This document shows positions 36,234-47,572 of a stretch of 64,000 nt of DNA, piece after piece. The notes beneath the pieces are model-generated. The model was given only the letters and a program-made list of their open reading frames with translations. It did no database searches and was not told where the DNA came from. How positions within the stretch are numbered: position 1 is the stretch's first letter; each line of letters starts with the position of its first letter. The stretch comes from Podarcis liolepis. Taxonomy: Eukaryota. The translations under genes were made by a program, and so were the position numbers. The DNA is taken from assembly GCA_965112155.1 (NCBI GenBank), contig OZ218107.1; one strand, 5' to 3'.

Positions 36234-37791
36234 CTACGAATATGTATGAAAACTAACCCTTTTCCAAATAAATTGTCACTAGTTCCCCCCCCCCATTTAC
36301 TGCAAGATCTTTCAGTGCTAGGGACTTTTATTCTATGAAAATTTTCCACTACACAGATTTTAGCTATGTGTGTCCTTTTTGTATGATTTAACTTCATCAA
36401 ATCAGATTTTTCTCTTCTGGCGGAGATCAGAAAATGTGGGCAAGGTAAGTTATCCCATTCCTATCTAAGTGCTTTCACATTGACCCTGTTTGAACCTGCT
36501 CAGTTGGCCTCTCAACCCAGAGATCTGCTTTAAAGATATGTACCCTGCCTTTTTAACCTAGTAGTCAATCAGCTGTCTAAGGAGTGGGCTACATAACTGA
36601 ACCTACTTCACACAACAGGCATTCACATCATCATCACGTAATACAGAGTATGCTTTCATGTCTGTCTGAATCCTGTTGCATTCTGGGAACTCTTCAGATC
36701 TAGGATTACTTTAAAAGCATTTTCTCCTCTTGAAAAAAAGACCCTCCGGGCATGTTCTTTTTACAAATAATTTTCTACACAACACTGCAGAGCTGACACA
36801 GTAGACTCTCCATTACGAGGAGAGGAAACAATGTGCTTTACACTTAAAATGGAGCATTTCTGGAATATTTTTCTTAATATTTATATCGTAATATTGTATT
36901 TCTTTTACACATTATACCATTTTGACAGCATGAAACATCCTACAAAACTGCCTAATTACCTGAAAGTACTGTTTTTTCTTATATTCAGCATTCATATGAA
37001 AATACTATCTCCAATGTCTCCAGAACATTTTTTGAATTAGAGCTGTAAGCCATCTAATTCTGAAAATATAGCACAGCACTAAGCTTCTCATGGATACATG
37101 TGTTTTTGGAATTCAGAATTACCATGTCCTAGCTGCACGGACAGCATTCTTTTCTACGTAAACTGCTGTGTTGTTTAGAATGCTTTTAAATAAATACATA
37201 ACTGAGAGTATGGAATCACACGCACACACACTGCCACAGTTGAAATTCATTGGAGGCAAAATATTTACTACATCTATTGCAGTAAATGTTCAAATGTTGA
37301 TGTATATTGGAATGCACATGTTGAATGGCATTAGTATCAAGGGGAGTAGAATTGTGAATATCTGAAATCTTGGCGACACGCCACCTGACAATCACCTAGC
37401 TGTAAGTATTCACAGTCACTTGTATGTGCTTAAAATCAGAAAATAGGTATCTATTGTTGCACATTTACACAATGCTGCACATTCACATCCAGGATCTTCT
37501 TAACCTGAATTTATGCAATACTGCAAATCCCCATCTCCAGGGGAGACCTGGATAATCTTTCTTTTTCTCTCCCATTTTGAAACCTTCTCAGTGTCTAATG
37601 CTAGAGACTGTGTTTCCTATTTCACAATCATAGGCTGTGTGTGAAGTCAGAGAGCCTCCATCCCAAAGGAACACGGGTATTTCTTTTAAGATAAACTCCT
37701 TCAAGGCTGACTTCAGCAAGTAATCTAAGCTATCAAATACATCAGCTGTGGAAAATCTCTGTACTACTCAGAATGAGCAGGTATCCCTGAA

Positions 37792-37795
<4 letters not shown>

Positions 37796-37866
<71 letters not shown>
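37796..37866. repeat. Compound (TG)n(GA)n microsatellite
   Basis: Seen directly. Confidence 0.95.
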
Positions 37867-37871
<5 letters not shown>

Positions 37872-39946
37872 ATATCATTACTATTTCAATGACTGCTGGT
37901 ATTATAGTGTCAGATTAATTAAAAAATACACACTAAAAAGTATAAATGCATACCACATGTGAACCTGTTCTTTTCTTTGAACATAGTACAAGTCTCAAAT
38001 TTTATCATTGCTTGGTGTTACTGAATTACATGTTATCTAGTTAATTATTAGAGGTTGGAATTCAGTGGTTTCATATAACATTGCAACAGCCAGTCAAGAA
38101 ACTCATTGAATCAGATTTTAATTTTACAATATTCTCATTAATAATGTCTATTACAACAGCCATTAAAAGTCCATCATGCTAATTTAACTGGGAAAATCTA
38201 ATAGAATGCCAATGGAGTGCCTCCATTAAATTAATGTTAGGGGCTTCTAACTGATCTCTTAAATAGATGTTGTTATTAGGAAGAGTAATGTAGTTTTAAT
38301 TAAAAGAGGGCAAGGGTTTCATTGATGAGCAAAGGCATTTTTTTAAACAAAATACTGTGAAAAATTCAATGACAGCACATGCTGGAAGACCTTTCTTGGT
38401 TTTAGTAGTCTCAGTATCTTTTGAAAATGTACATGTATTAGAAAAGATGAATTACAGCATGCCATTATATGAAAGGTTCACACTGCATGCAAGTATTAAG
38501 AACAGAGATCTGTCTTTAGTGATCTTGATCTTTGTGTGTTGCGGGGCAGGGTCAACTATGACAGCAATCCTAGATACATTGGCCTGGAAGCAGGTTGAAG
38601 GAAATTCACTGGCTCTTACTTCTATAGCCATACACAGATCACTCTGCCTAAAGAGTATCTAATCAGGAAATCATTCAGAATGAATGTGGGAAAGACATAA
38701 AACTGGACAACTGGGAGATTTTATAGCCTAGGCCCAAATAACAAGGGTTGTACTGAACAATTAAATCCCTTTATGTTAGATAAGGCTGTGCCCACAACTT
38801 CAGTAGTAATGGCTTAGTTATGAGAAGCATCAGACAATATTTTTGAGCCAGTCTGGTCAATCTCCATTGCATGGAGCAGAGCATGAGAGCACTTGTCTTC
38901 CCTCACCCTGTGTGTCATTTTCACATATTCCCACAGAAAGAGCATGTCTGAGATTGCTGACTGTGAACAGTATCCAACATGTTTAGGCCCAACTTTCAGA
39001 GTCAATATTCCACAGTCTGGGGAATTAGCCACATCACTGAAGGCCTTTCCACACTTACCATTGGTGGCATAGTCAACCGTTTTTATTTTTTGGCATGCTG
39101 TCACATGACATTGTCACTCTCCAGCTAATATTCTAGAATAATGTATTTAAGAAACCTACTTTTTATCCTATTGCAAAAAGATAATAATCCAATTTTTCTG
39201 AAAGATCCAAAATTGATCCACAGTATTTTCATTTGTGTGGCATGTGTACAAGCATCATTCTAGTCTCTGTGAGAAGATTGTGGATATAGTTTAGGATACA
39301 TCTTTTTTATGCCACTTCCATCTGCCCATTGCAAATTTCTGAGCCCAATTAAGAGAAGAGATATGGCAGATAGAGATGATGATACTGAGTCAAAGTATTG
39401 CCCCGTGATAGCGGTCATTGGCTGCAGGCAAAATTTCATTTTAATAACCAGGTTCACATAGCTCAGGCTAAAATGTTTAGAGGTACTCTTATTTTGACTC
39501 AAGAAAATTACCATTTTGTAGTTGAAATTGGGAAAAAGAAATACAGTAAATGGACAAAAGGCCGCCATCGGGGGTAGCAACAGAACTGACAACTCACCAT
39601 GCTAGAGAATAAACTATTTTTTTAATAAAAAAAAGTTTCTTCTCCCGTTAGATTAACAAAATGTTTAGGGGGTATGCATACGCCTGCATTCCCCCAGAAA
39701 AAAGCACTGGATACCACAATGTAGAAGCGAAGGCGAAAGCTCTCCATCCTAAAACTGGATGTTCTGGTCTCTGGCAAAAATCCTTCACAGGGTGGCAGCA
39801 GATATAATGTTTCCTTGTGTCCATGATCTTTGCAGCATACAAGTCTTCCTTCCACACATATCCTATCAATCATAATGACAGGCCTTTCATTACTATATGC
39901 ATTAACTCATACAATTAAATTATGGGAGGTACATAGGGTTCTCATC

Positions 39947-40202
39947 CAGGGCCAATCACATCATTTGGTAGTTTGGGAAGCTGCATCAGGTGTGAGAGTG
40001 TGGGTGGTGTCGGAGATAAGACTGTGTGTCCTGTCAGATGCCCTGTGTCTCATGAGACAGACTGCTGCCTTCGGGTGTGCTGTCCAATTACCAAGTCTGA
40101 AAGAAGATTCAGCTGCAAGTACAGTTAGCTGCTAAGTGTGGAAGGGAGGAGATGCCATTCTGGCATTCACCCCAGGCAGCAAAATGTCTTGGGCTGGCCC
40201 TG
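39947..40202. mobile_element. Old non-autonomous hAT-like element
   Basis: 8-bp terminal inverted repeat cagggcca / tggccctg around a GC-richer insert. No TSD recognisable. Confidence 0.55.
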
Positions 40203-41872
40203 CTAGGGATGAGTGAGGATACAATGTGTCTTTGTATACACTATCTTCTTCCACACATATCCCATCCATCATCATGACAGGCATGCAACATTACAAGTTT
40301 GCTACAGTACAAGACTCCATAGACCATGCTTTGAAATATTGTGTATCCTTCTATACATAGCCTACACCACTTACATTGGTGACTCAAATAGTAGAAATTC
40401 ATTCTCTTTCTTTTTTCCTGTTTTGAGAGATGGATGACTTCAAAAAAGGTAACATGAATTGTTGTCATCTATAAAAAGGCTTTTTGCCAGCATTCCTCCA
40501 TAATAAACAGTTGGCTATAGTATGAGATCCAAGGTTTCTTTGTGCACACACAAAGCTCGGCTTATTTGGAGAATTCCTTCAATGTCAGGAAAATCTCTGT
40601 AAGGACATTCTTTTGGGGTGAGTCCATCTCATGCAAACATCTCTGTGGACCTCTGAACCCATATGAGTGCACTGAAGCCCCTGGATAAGGTTGAAACCAT
40701 CTAGCCAAAATTAAGCACTGCTGTGCCACATTGACTTCAGCATTTGCTTAAATCTCTTCTATTAAAATAATTGGGATTCTTTTATCTTTGCCGGGATTGT
40801 GCCTTTTCTAAAAGCAAACACAAATATTTAACCAAAAAGAAAAAAGAGTCATGCTTGCAATAGGTTTACAAAAAGGTCTCAGTACCTAGCTCCATATATC
40901 CAAGACAATATTCTATGGCTCATTTTTAATAGACTTCTCATCCATGGCAGCAGAGCACAATATGGAAAAAAAACACACACCCAAAAACCTGAAGCCAATT
41001 TCAGTGATTTATTAAAATGCTTTCCTCCGCAATGAATTGTAAGGCAGAACAGTCTTTCCAAATGCTGAATCGGTAAGTGGGAATCTCACTCTTAATTTAA
41101 AAATTGCCATTCAATGTCACTATGAAGCTGGAATAAATAGTAGATGGAAACATGAGGATGAAATGAAATGTTCATAGTTGCTTCTTTAGTAGAGAACAAG
41201 TCTTATATCACTTTAAAGGCTCACATTTCCTGATATTTGTCCCATTGTGTTATGATCAAATAGTGTTTGGGAAAATATTACAGAAAGAATAGGCTTTGAT
41301 GATTATGTAAACCTCCCAGGAGAGACAACTTCCATTATGCATCCTGGCTTAGAGGTTGCATATTTCTAAATATAACAGGTTCTCATCTGGCAATCCCCTG
41401 GAGCTTTTAGCATGTTCCAGTCAGTGCACAGCAGTGTCTGCAGTGGCAAACTCCTGAAAAGGAACCAAACTGCTGAACTAACAACAGCCACATGAAACGA
41501 ATCTTCCAATGCCAGCCAACCATTTTCTCACAAGCTGGCAAGCAAGGGAAGCCTCACGTGCACAGGCAGCACTGAACAGAGGCATGCTACACAACTCTTG
41601 AAAATGACAGCATTGTTTATGTAACCTGGTACATGCCACACGCCAGCTGATGCTGTGGGACTGCCACTGTCAAAACCACTCATAGTGAAACCAGCATTCA
41701 GAACGCAAGAGTCACCGTTACAGTCTGCCGACAGATATAAAGGCAGTAGAAGACCAAAGACAGGCCACTGGCTGGCTCTTAAAACAGGCTGCAGAAACTG
41801 AAGTCGGTGAACCTAAGCATCGCAATCCTGCTCTCATCCCTTGAATTGAAAAAAAGAAATCGCTTCACTTAC

Positions 41873-41913
41873 GCAGGGTTGCAGGGCACATCACGGCAGA
41901 CACAGTGAGGAGC
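41873..41913 (-). other. Candidate 41-nt internal exon
   Basis: Minus strand reads ttttgacgttctttgaaatgcag|GCTCCTCACTGTGTCTGCCGTGATGTGCCCTGCAACCCTGC|gtaagtg: branch-like TGAC, AG acceptor and consensus gtaagt donor, in unique and locally CpG-richer sequence. Confidence 0.4.
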
Positions 41914-42538
41914 CTGCATTTCAAAGAACGTCAAAATTTAAAGACCCCATAATCCATCTTGATATGATGGATCCTAAATCCGTGGGCCAAAGAGAGGTGT
42001 CCCCCCCCCCCGTGTATATAGGTTAATTTGAGAATTAAATGGAAGAGGGAAAAGACTTCTCAGCAAAGAAGTCTTAATGCAAATGAAATTGGAAATGGCA
42101 GTCAGAGAAAGATGTTAAGTATGAACAGCCAGAAGTAGGGAAGGGTGGGGGACTGTGCTTCTTTTCTTGGAAGCAAGTTTGCAGGTGGGGAGTGTATTGG
42201 AAAATCTTATCCAGAGTCACGGGTGCCACTGTAAAGCCACTGCACTGATTTAACCTTTCACTTAAGAATTAAATTGTTATCGTATTTCAGAAATTAGAAC
42301 ACACCCCAAGAAAGTTATGCAACCCAGATGCTATGAGAAGTGTAGCAGCATAGAGGGCAGTTTCAAACGAGAAATTAAAATGTGCCCCCATTTCCTGCTT
42401 GTGGGCTTCCTATAGGCATCTTTCCATTGTGGGAAACAGGATAATGGACTAGTTAGGCCTCTTCTTATGGCTTAACACCATCACCACCACCCTGCTGCCC
42501 TTCTAAAGGGATTTGTGCTTTCTTCCCACACTTTAGAT

Positions 42539-42676
42539 CAGGCATAGGGAACCTGCAGCCCTCCAAATTCAGTTGGACTACGGCTCCCATCATCCCCGAT
42601 TATTGACCTTGCTGGCTTGGGCGCATGGAAGTTGGAGTCTGACAATATCAGGAGGGCCACAGGTTCCCCATCACTG
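42539..42676. mobile_element. Short foldback hAT MITE (138 bp)
   Basis: CAG...CTG ends, palindromic body and 8-bp TSD ctttagat / gtttagat (1 mismatch). Older copies near 17715-17842, 19688-19785, 49285-49360, 58170-58287, 60057-60188 and 61770-61885. Confidence 0.85.
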
Positions 42677-42922
42677 GTTTAGATGATTGGATTGGAAGAG
42701 TCTTAAGTCTGAATTAATCCCAGCTAACAAAGAACAGACCTCCCCAAAAAGTGGTTTCCCTACAGTTCAGTCAGAGAATATTATATATGGCAATATAAAT
42801 GTGAAGGAAATAAATGCAAAAAGCAAAAGATGCAATGGACAGTTTAATCCATCAGCACCATCAAGGCTATACAAAGAGAAGCAATTTATATGTATTAGAT
42901 GTCTTGGTGAGGGTTGCTAGTA

Positions 42923-43159
42923 CAGTGGTACCTCAGGTTAAGAATTCGTTTTGGAGGTCCATTCTTAACCTGAAACTGTTCTTAACCTGAAGTACCACTT
43001 TAGCTAATGGGGCCTCCCGCCGCCGCCACGCTGCTGCTGCGCGATTTCTGTTCTCATCCTGAAGCAAAGTTCTTAACCCGAGGTACTATCTCTAGGTTAG
43101 CAAAGTCTGTAACCTGAAGCATCTGTAACCTGAAGCATCTGTAACCCGAGGTACCACTG
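42923..43159 (-). mobile_element. Same Tc1/mariner MITE, full length, opposite orientation
   Basis: TA|cagtggtacctcaggtta ... taacccgaggtaccactg; the body matches the other copies. Confidence 0.92.
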
Positions 43160-43284
43160 AAATGTCAACAGCAACTGTTATAGTAAAATCCAGGCGATCC
43201 AGGCATGTGTGGGTTACATTGAGACTATTAAAAACATCCCAGTTTGCCTTCAGCTTTTGCCTTGATTAGACGGAATTTAGTTTT

Positions 43285-43650
43285 GGGAGTGGCACTGTGA
43301 TGTAAACCATTGAGCCTTGGGCTTGCCGATCGGAAGGTTGGCAGTTCGAATCCCCACGACGGGGTGAGCTCCCATTGTTCGGTTCCAGCTCCTGCCAACC
43401 TAGCAGTTCGAAAGCTCATCAAAGTGCAAGTAGATAAATAGGTACCACTCCGGCAGGAAGGTAAACGACATTTCAGTGTGCTGCTCTGGTTTCTCCAGAA
43501 GCAGCTTAGTCATGCTGGCCACATGACCTGGAAAAACCTTCTGCGGACAAACGTCTGCTCCCTCGGCCAGTAAAGTGAGATGAGCGCACAACCCCAGAGT
43601 TGTTTGCGACTGGACTTAACTGTCAGGGGTCCTTTACCCTTTTTTTTTTT
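43285..43650 (+). mobile_element. Sauria SINE, variant B
   Basis: Same body as the other copies; the 3' end reads actggacttaactgtcaggggtcctttacc followed by poly-T. Confidence 0.9.
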
Positions 43651-43798
43651 ACATAAAGACAGGATTAATATGCTAGAGCTGGCACTAGCTCTCTTAACTC
43701 ACTTTTTTAAAAGAATACATTTACTTGACTAGACAGGTTAGGGGTATCTATGAGTCTTCACAGATACTCAGGCAAAACTGTCTCACATGCTGTAAAAG

Positions 43799-43799
<1 letters not shown>

Positions 43800-43834
<35 letters not shown>
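43800..43834. repeat. (CA)n microsatellite
   Basis: Seen directly. Confidence 0.95.
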
Positions 43835-43837
<3 letters not shown>

Positions 43838-46800
43838 TATTGCCTCAAATTAAAAATTCTATCAATTCAGTCTTCTTAGATAGTATTACTTTGCTGACTG
43901 TCTTCCTATAGCTGTCTTACAGGCATAGAGACTGATGTCCTGCCAACCACCTTCTACTGCAGATATGACCTTGCTGCAGATGTGGTGGCTCCACCTTTCT
44001 ACAAAGCCCTACAGGTAGTAAGGATGGCAGGTAGTTTGCACCACGGTCCATTCCTGAGATGCTGAGGCTTCACTGAGACGTGTTTGTAAGCTACTTTGTA
44101 CTCTGAGAATGGTTCATTAAAAAGTAAAAATATGTACAGACATGCAGTCTTTTTATTAACACGTATGAGGTGCTCTCATCTTCTTTTTGAAGAGCTGTCG
44201 AAAGCAATTGTGCTTCTGCTTAGCTAATGAAATATTGAAAGCTGCTGGAATCACTCAGCTGTCCAAAAGATGCAAGGAGGTCTACACCACCACAGAGGAC
44301 CCATCACTGCTCTGGCCGTTACATGGCTATAGGCGTACAGGAAGTGCTAGTGCAATTGCACCAATGGCTATTGCTGCACCAGCCCAGAGGTTGAGTCCCA
44401 ACTTCAAGAGCATGGGCAATTCCCTTTCAACAGAATTAGAAACTAATACATAAGCCTAGACACTTCTGTGTGAGTACAACACAGAGCCATCTCATAATTC
44501 TCAAACATCATCTAAACATGACAGCAATCCACCATTAACCTTTCATTTTAGTTTCCATTCCACAACCAATGAGCTTAATAGTCAGCCTCCATTTTTACAG
44601 ATGCTCTGGAATCTGAAAGACTCTTGCACTGCAATCCCATGCATTTTCATTCAAAACCAATTCCCACTGTGCCCACTGGAACCTATCCCCTGTTACAAGT
44701 AGGGTCAGGGTCAGGGTCAGCCCACCCAGGAGACAAACTGTGGCTTACATAAGAAAGTGTGACAAATAACATTGTTTTTCAGGGAAGACAAACTGCAGCA
44801 GAACAGAAACATTGCTACATGTAACAAATTCAGGGTAGACTAGAAAATGATGCCTTCTTATATCTCTAGTTGGGATTGGGCTCTTAGTGAGGATGTAGAC
44901 CTAGTATAGTGTTCTGGAGTTTGGCCTGTTCAGTGTATATTACATTTATTCCACAAGGACTTAACAGAGCACTGTTAATCTGTGTTCAAGCTGCAAGCGA
45001 GAGCTGCCATTCTGTGGAGCTTTTCAGCAGCGTACCCTGGGAATAATATGTTTACAGCAAGTTACAACAAGACAGCAGATCTTGGGGCAGGTGGCCTCGA
45101 GTCATGGGAACAGCCTGGAGGGTTTTAAGCAATTCCTGTTATTTATTGAGCAGGGAAGCATTTCCAGAACACAGCTGAAATTTTGAAGTTTTAATTTCAA
45201 GAGGTTTCTCTCTTTTCCTTTTCTGTTCTTTTGAACCTGTCATAAATATAGTATCCTATATTATCTTCTATTTCTGGCAAAGCTTTCCTCTCACACAAGG
45301 TTCTAAATGCAATACCAACCCAACTTACATCTTGCCTCTCTTATGCTTCCTCTCTGTTCATAATGTTCAGCCAAATCTTCCCACTTCTTTAAACCCTGCA
45401 TCTCTCATCTCCCACTGAAAATTATCCTGTTTTGTTGTTCCTATGGATTTTGATAACTTTTCCCCAGTTTTCTATAATAAATTTCTGTATGGTTCTACAT
45501 TTTAGTTCGGTGGAAAATTGAACTCTCTTATATATATGAGGAAAGAATGTTCATATAAATGTTAATTATTAAAGATACATAGATATTAAAAGAATCACAA
45601 GCTGAAAAATAAAAAATTATGTCAAACCTTTCAACATGCCAGTCATATTGGTTCAATAGTACTTTCCTTTATTCCATCCATTTGACTGATGGACTGATTG
45701 GCTCTGAAAGCTGGTGCAATTCTCCGTAGATGTAAAGGTTTCTGCAAATATGATTGCAGCCAGTAATATCAGCTCACATTCCCAAGGCCCACGAAGAACT
45801 GGGCTGAACAAGGACACTGACTAGAACTGATGAATTAGGCAAGAACAAGAACAGAAGGCACTGAGATGGCAGCACTGAGATCAACTCAAATCACAGCAAA
45901 TTGCGCAGCAGAAAAATCCAGTGGTGACATAGCATCTACTATAGCAATAAAACCACAAGATCCATTTTAAAAGATGGGGGAGAAGAAATGAGGTTCAAAT
46001 AAAGGGTAGATCTGTTAATGAGATATTAACGGGTATGGAGTTCTCAGAAGAATGATGCTTCATGATGGTACCGGAGAACACGGTTCTGAGATTCAGCCAA
46101 CGTCAAATGATCTGCTACAAAGTTCTTCCTGATTTTTTTAAAGGGGTGAATTCATGCATGCATTTTCATCAGTGACTGATTATATCTCAGAAGATGACGC
46201 AGATATGCATAAGGGTACATTGTTGAGTAATGGGTGTACTTGTGATGTTCATGCCTCTGTGAGACATCCATTAGTAATTGCTAGGTGACTGGAGCCAACT
46301 CGAAAAGGCCACAACTGCAAGTAATTATGAAGGAATGAACTCTGACTGATTGAAAAGCCCAGATAAAATATTGGTTGTGGAGGACAGTTTTGCTTCTCTC
46401 CTATCTATGAAGTGCATTCTATTACCAATGTAATTTCCAGAGTTTACAATCACATGATAATATTTACCAGTGATACGATAAGAACACATGGTAAAATCAA
46501 ATGTTTAGTGATTTTCAAGTTATGGCAATCTGTTATTATGTTCTATATAGTGGTGTTATCACAAGAACACTGTACAACCATGAAAATTATAAACAAAGAT
46601 AAAGACTGAAAGTGGGCATAAGAACTGAACCTTCAATTTCATGTGATAGTACTTATTTTACATACAGGGAAGTTGAATTCAGAGAGTGAGTTTTCATCCC
46701 TGCATTACCAAGAAACATCATAGGAAGATTTCTTTAAAAGTAGGTCACTCTCTAGCTCTCTGTTAAAGAATGAAGCATCTATTGTCTTTCTGGACACAAT

Positions 46801-47412
46801 AAATAGTTTCAAGACAGAAAGGAAAAATTAGCCAGCTTGTGTAAAAAAGAAAAGGCACAAGCTGCAAAATATTCAACAGAGTATTTCTCTCTCAAAATAT
46901 CTACCCTGATGCTTCCAAAACAGCCACCTCCCCCGCCGCCCATACTCCTTTTGCTAGTCTAGTTATTGTTATGCAAAATATATTGATGGAATGTTTCTAC
47001 ATGGTGGGGGAGAACGTCCTTCAATTCAATTTTATCCCATAACAAAACTCTGGGGTGAGACTGGAGGGGAAAGGATAAGATTTCCCCCAGAAAACCATGA
47101 TATTGCTTAAGAGGTGGAAATAGGCGTGGGGGCTAACAGATGGCTGGAAGTACAAATCTGCCTCACTAATAAGCTAGGGAATGTCAAGCAGATGGATGAA
47201 AAGCCAGTTGTCATTTCCCTTCCCATCAACTCTTTTTAGGATGCCACAGAACCCTAAAGGGACCCCTCCCCTCCTGGCAAGGAACACCAACATAGCATTT
47301 TGACAGAAAGTGGTTTCCCCTTTCAGATTGTAGCCACAGAAATCCACTGCAGCCATCACCCAGATCTGGTGGTTTTGAGCAGTATAGCTGATACCAGGCC
47401 AGACCAATCAAC

Positions 47413-47572
47413 CCATAGCTCAGCGGCAGAGCATAAAATTTACATGCAGGAAACAGACAAAAGGAAAGACTTCCAGTTGAGACCCTGGAGAACTGTAACC
47501 ACTCTGAGTAGACAGTAGTGGGCCAAATGGACAAATATTTTGACCTGGGATAAGGCAGCTCCCTAGTTGCTA
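47413..47572 (+). mobile_element. Old tRNA-derived SINE (Squam3-like), B box deleted
   Basis: catagctcagcggcagagcat head, gagaccctggaga body and ataaggcagctcccta tail. Confidence 0.7.
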
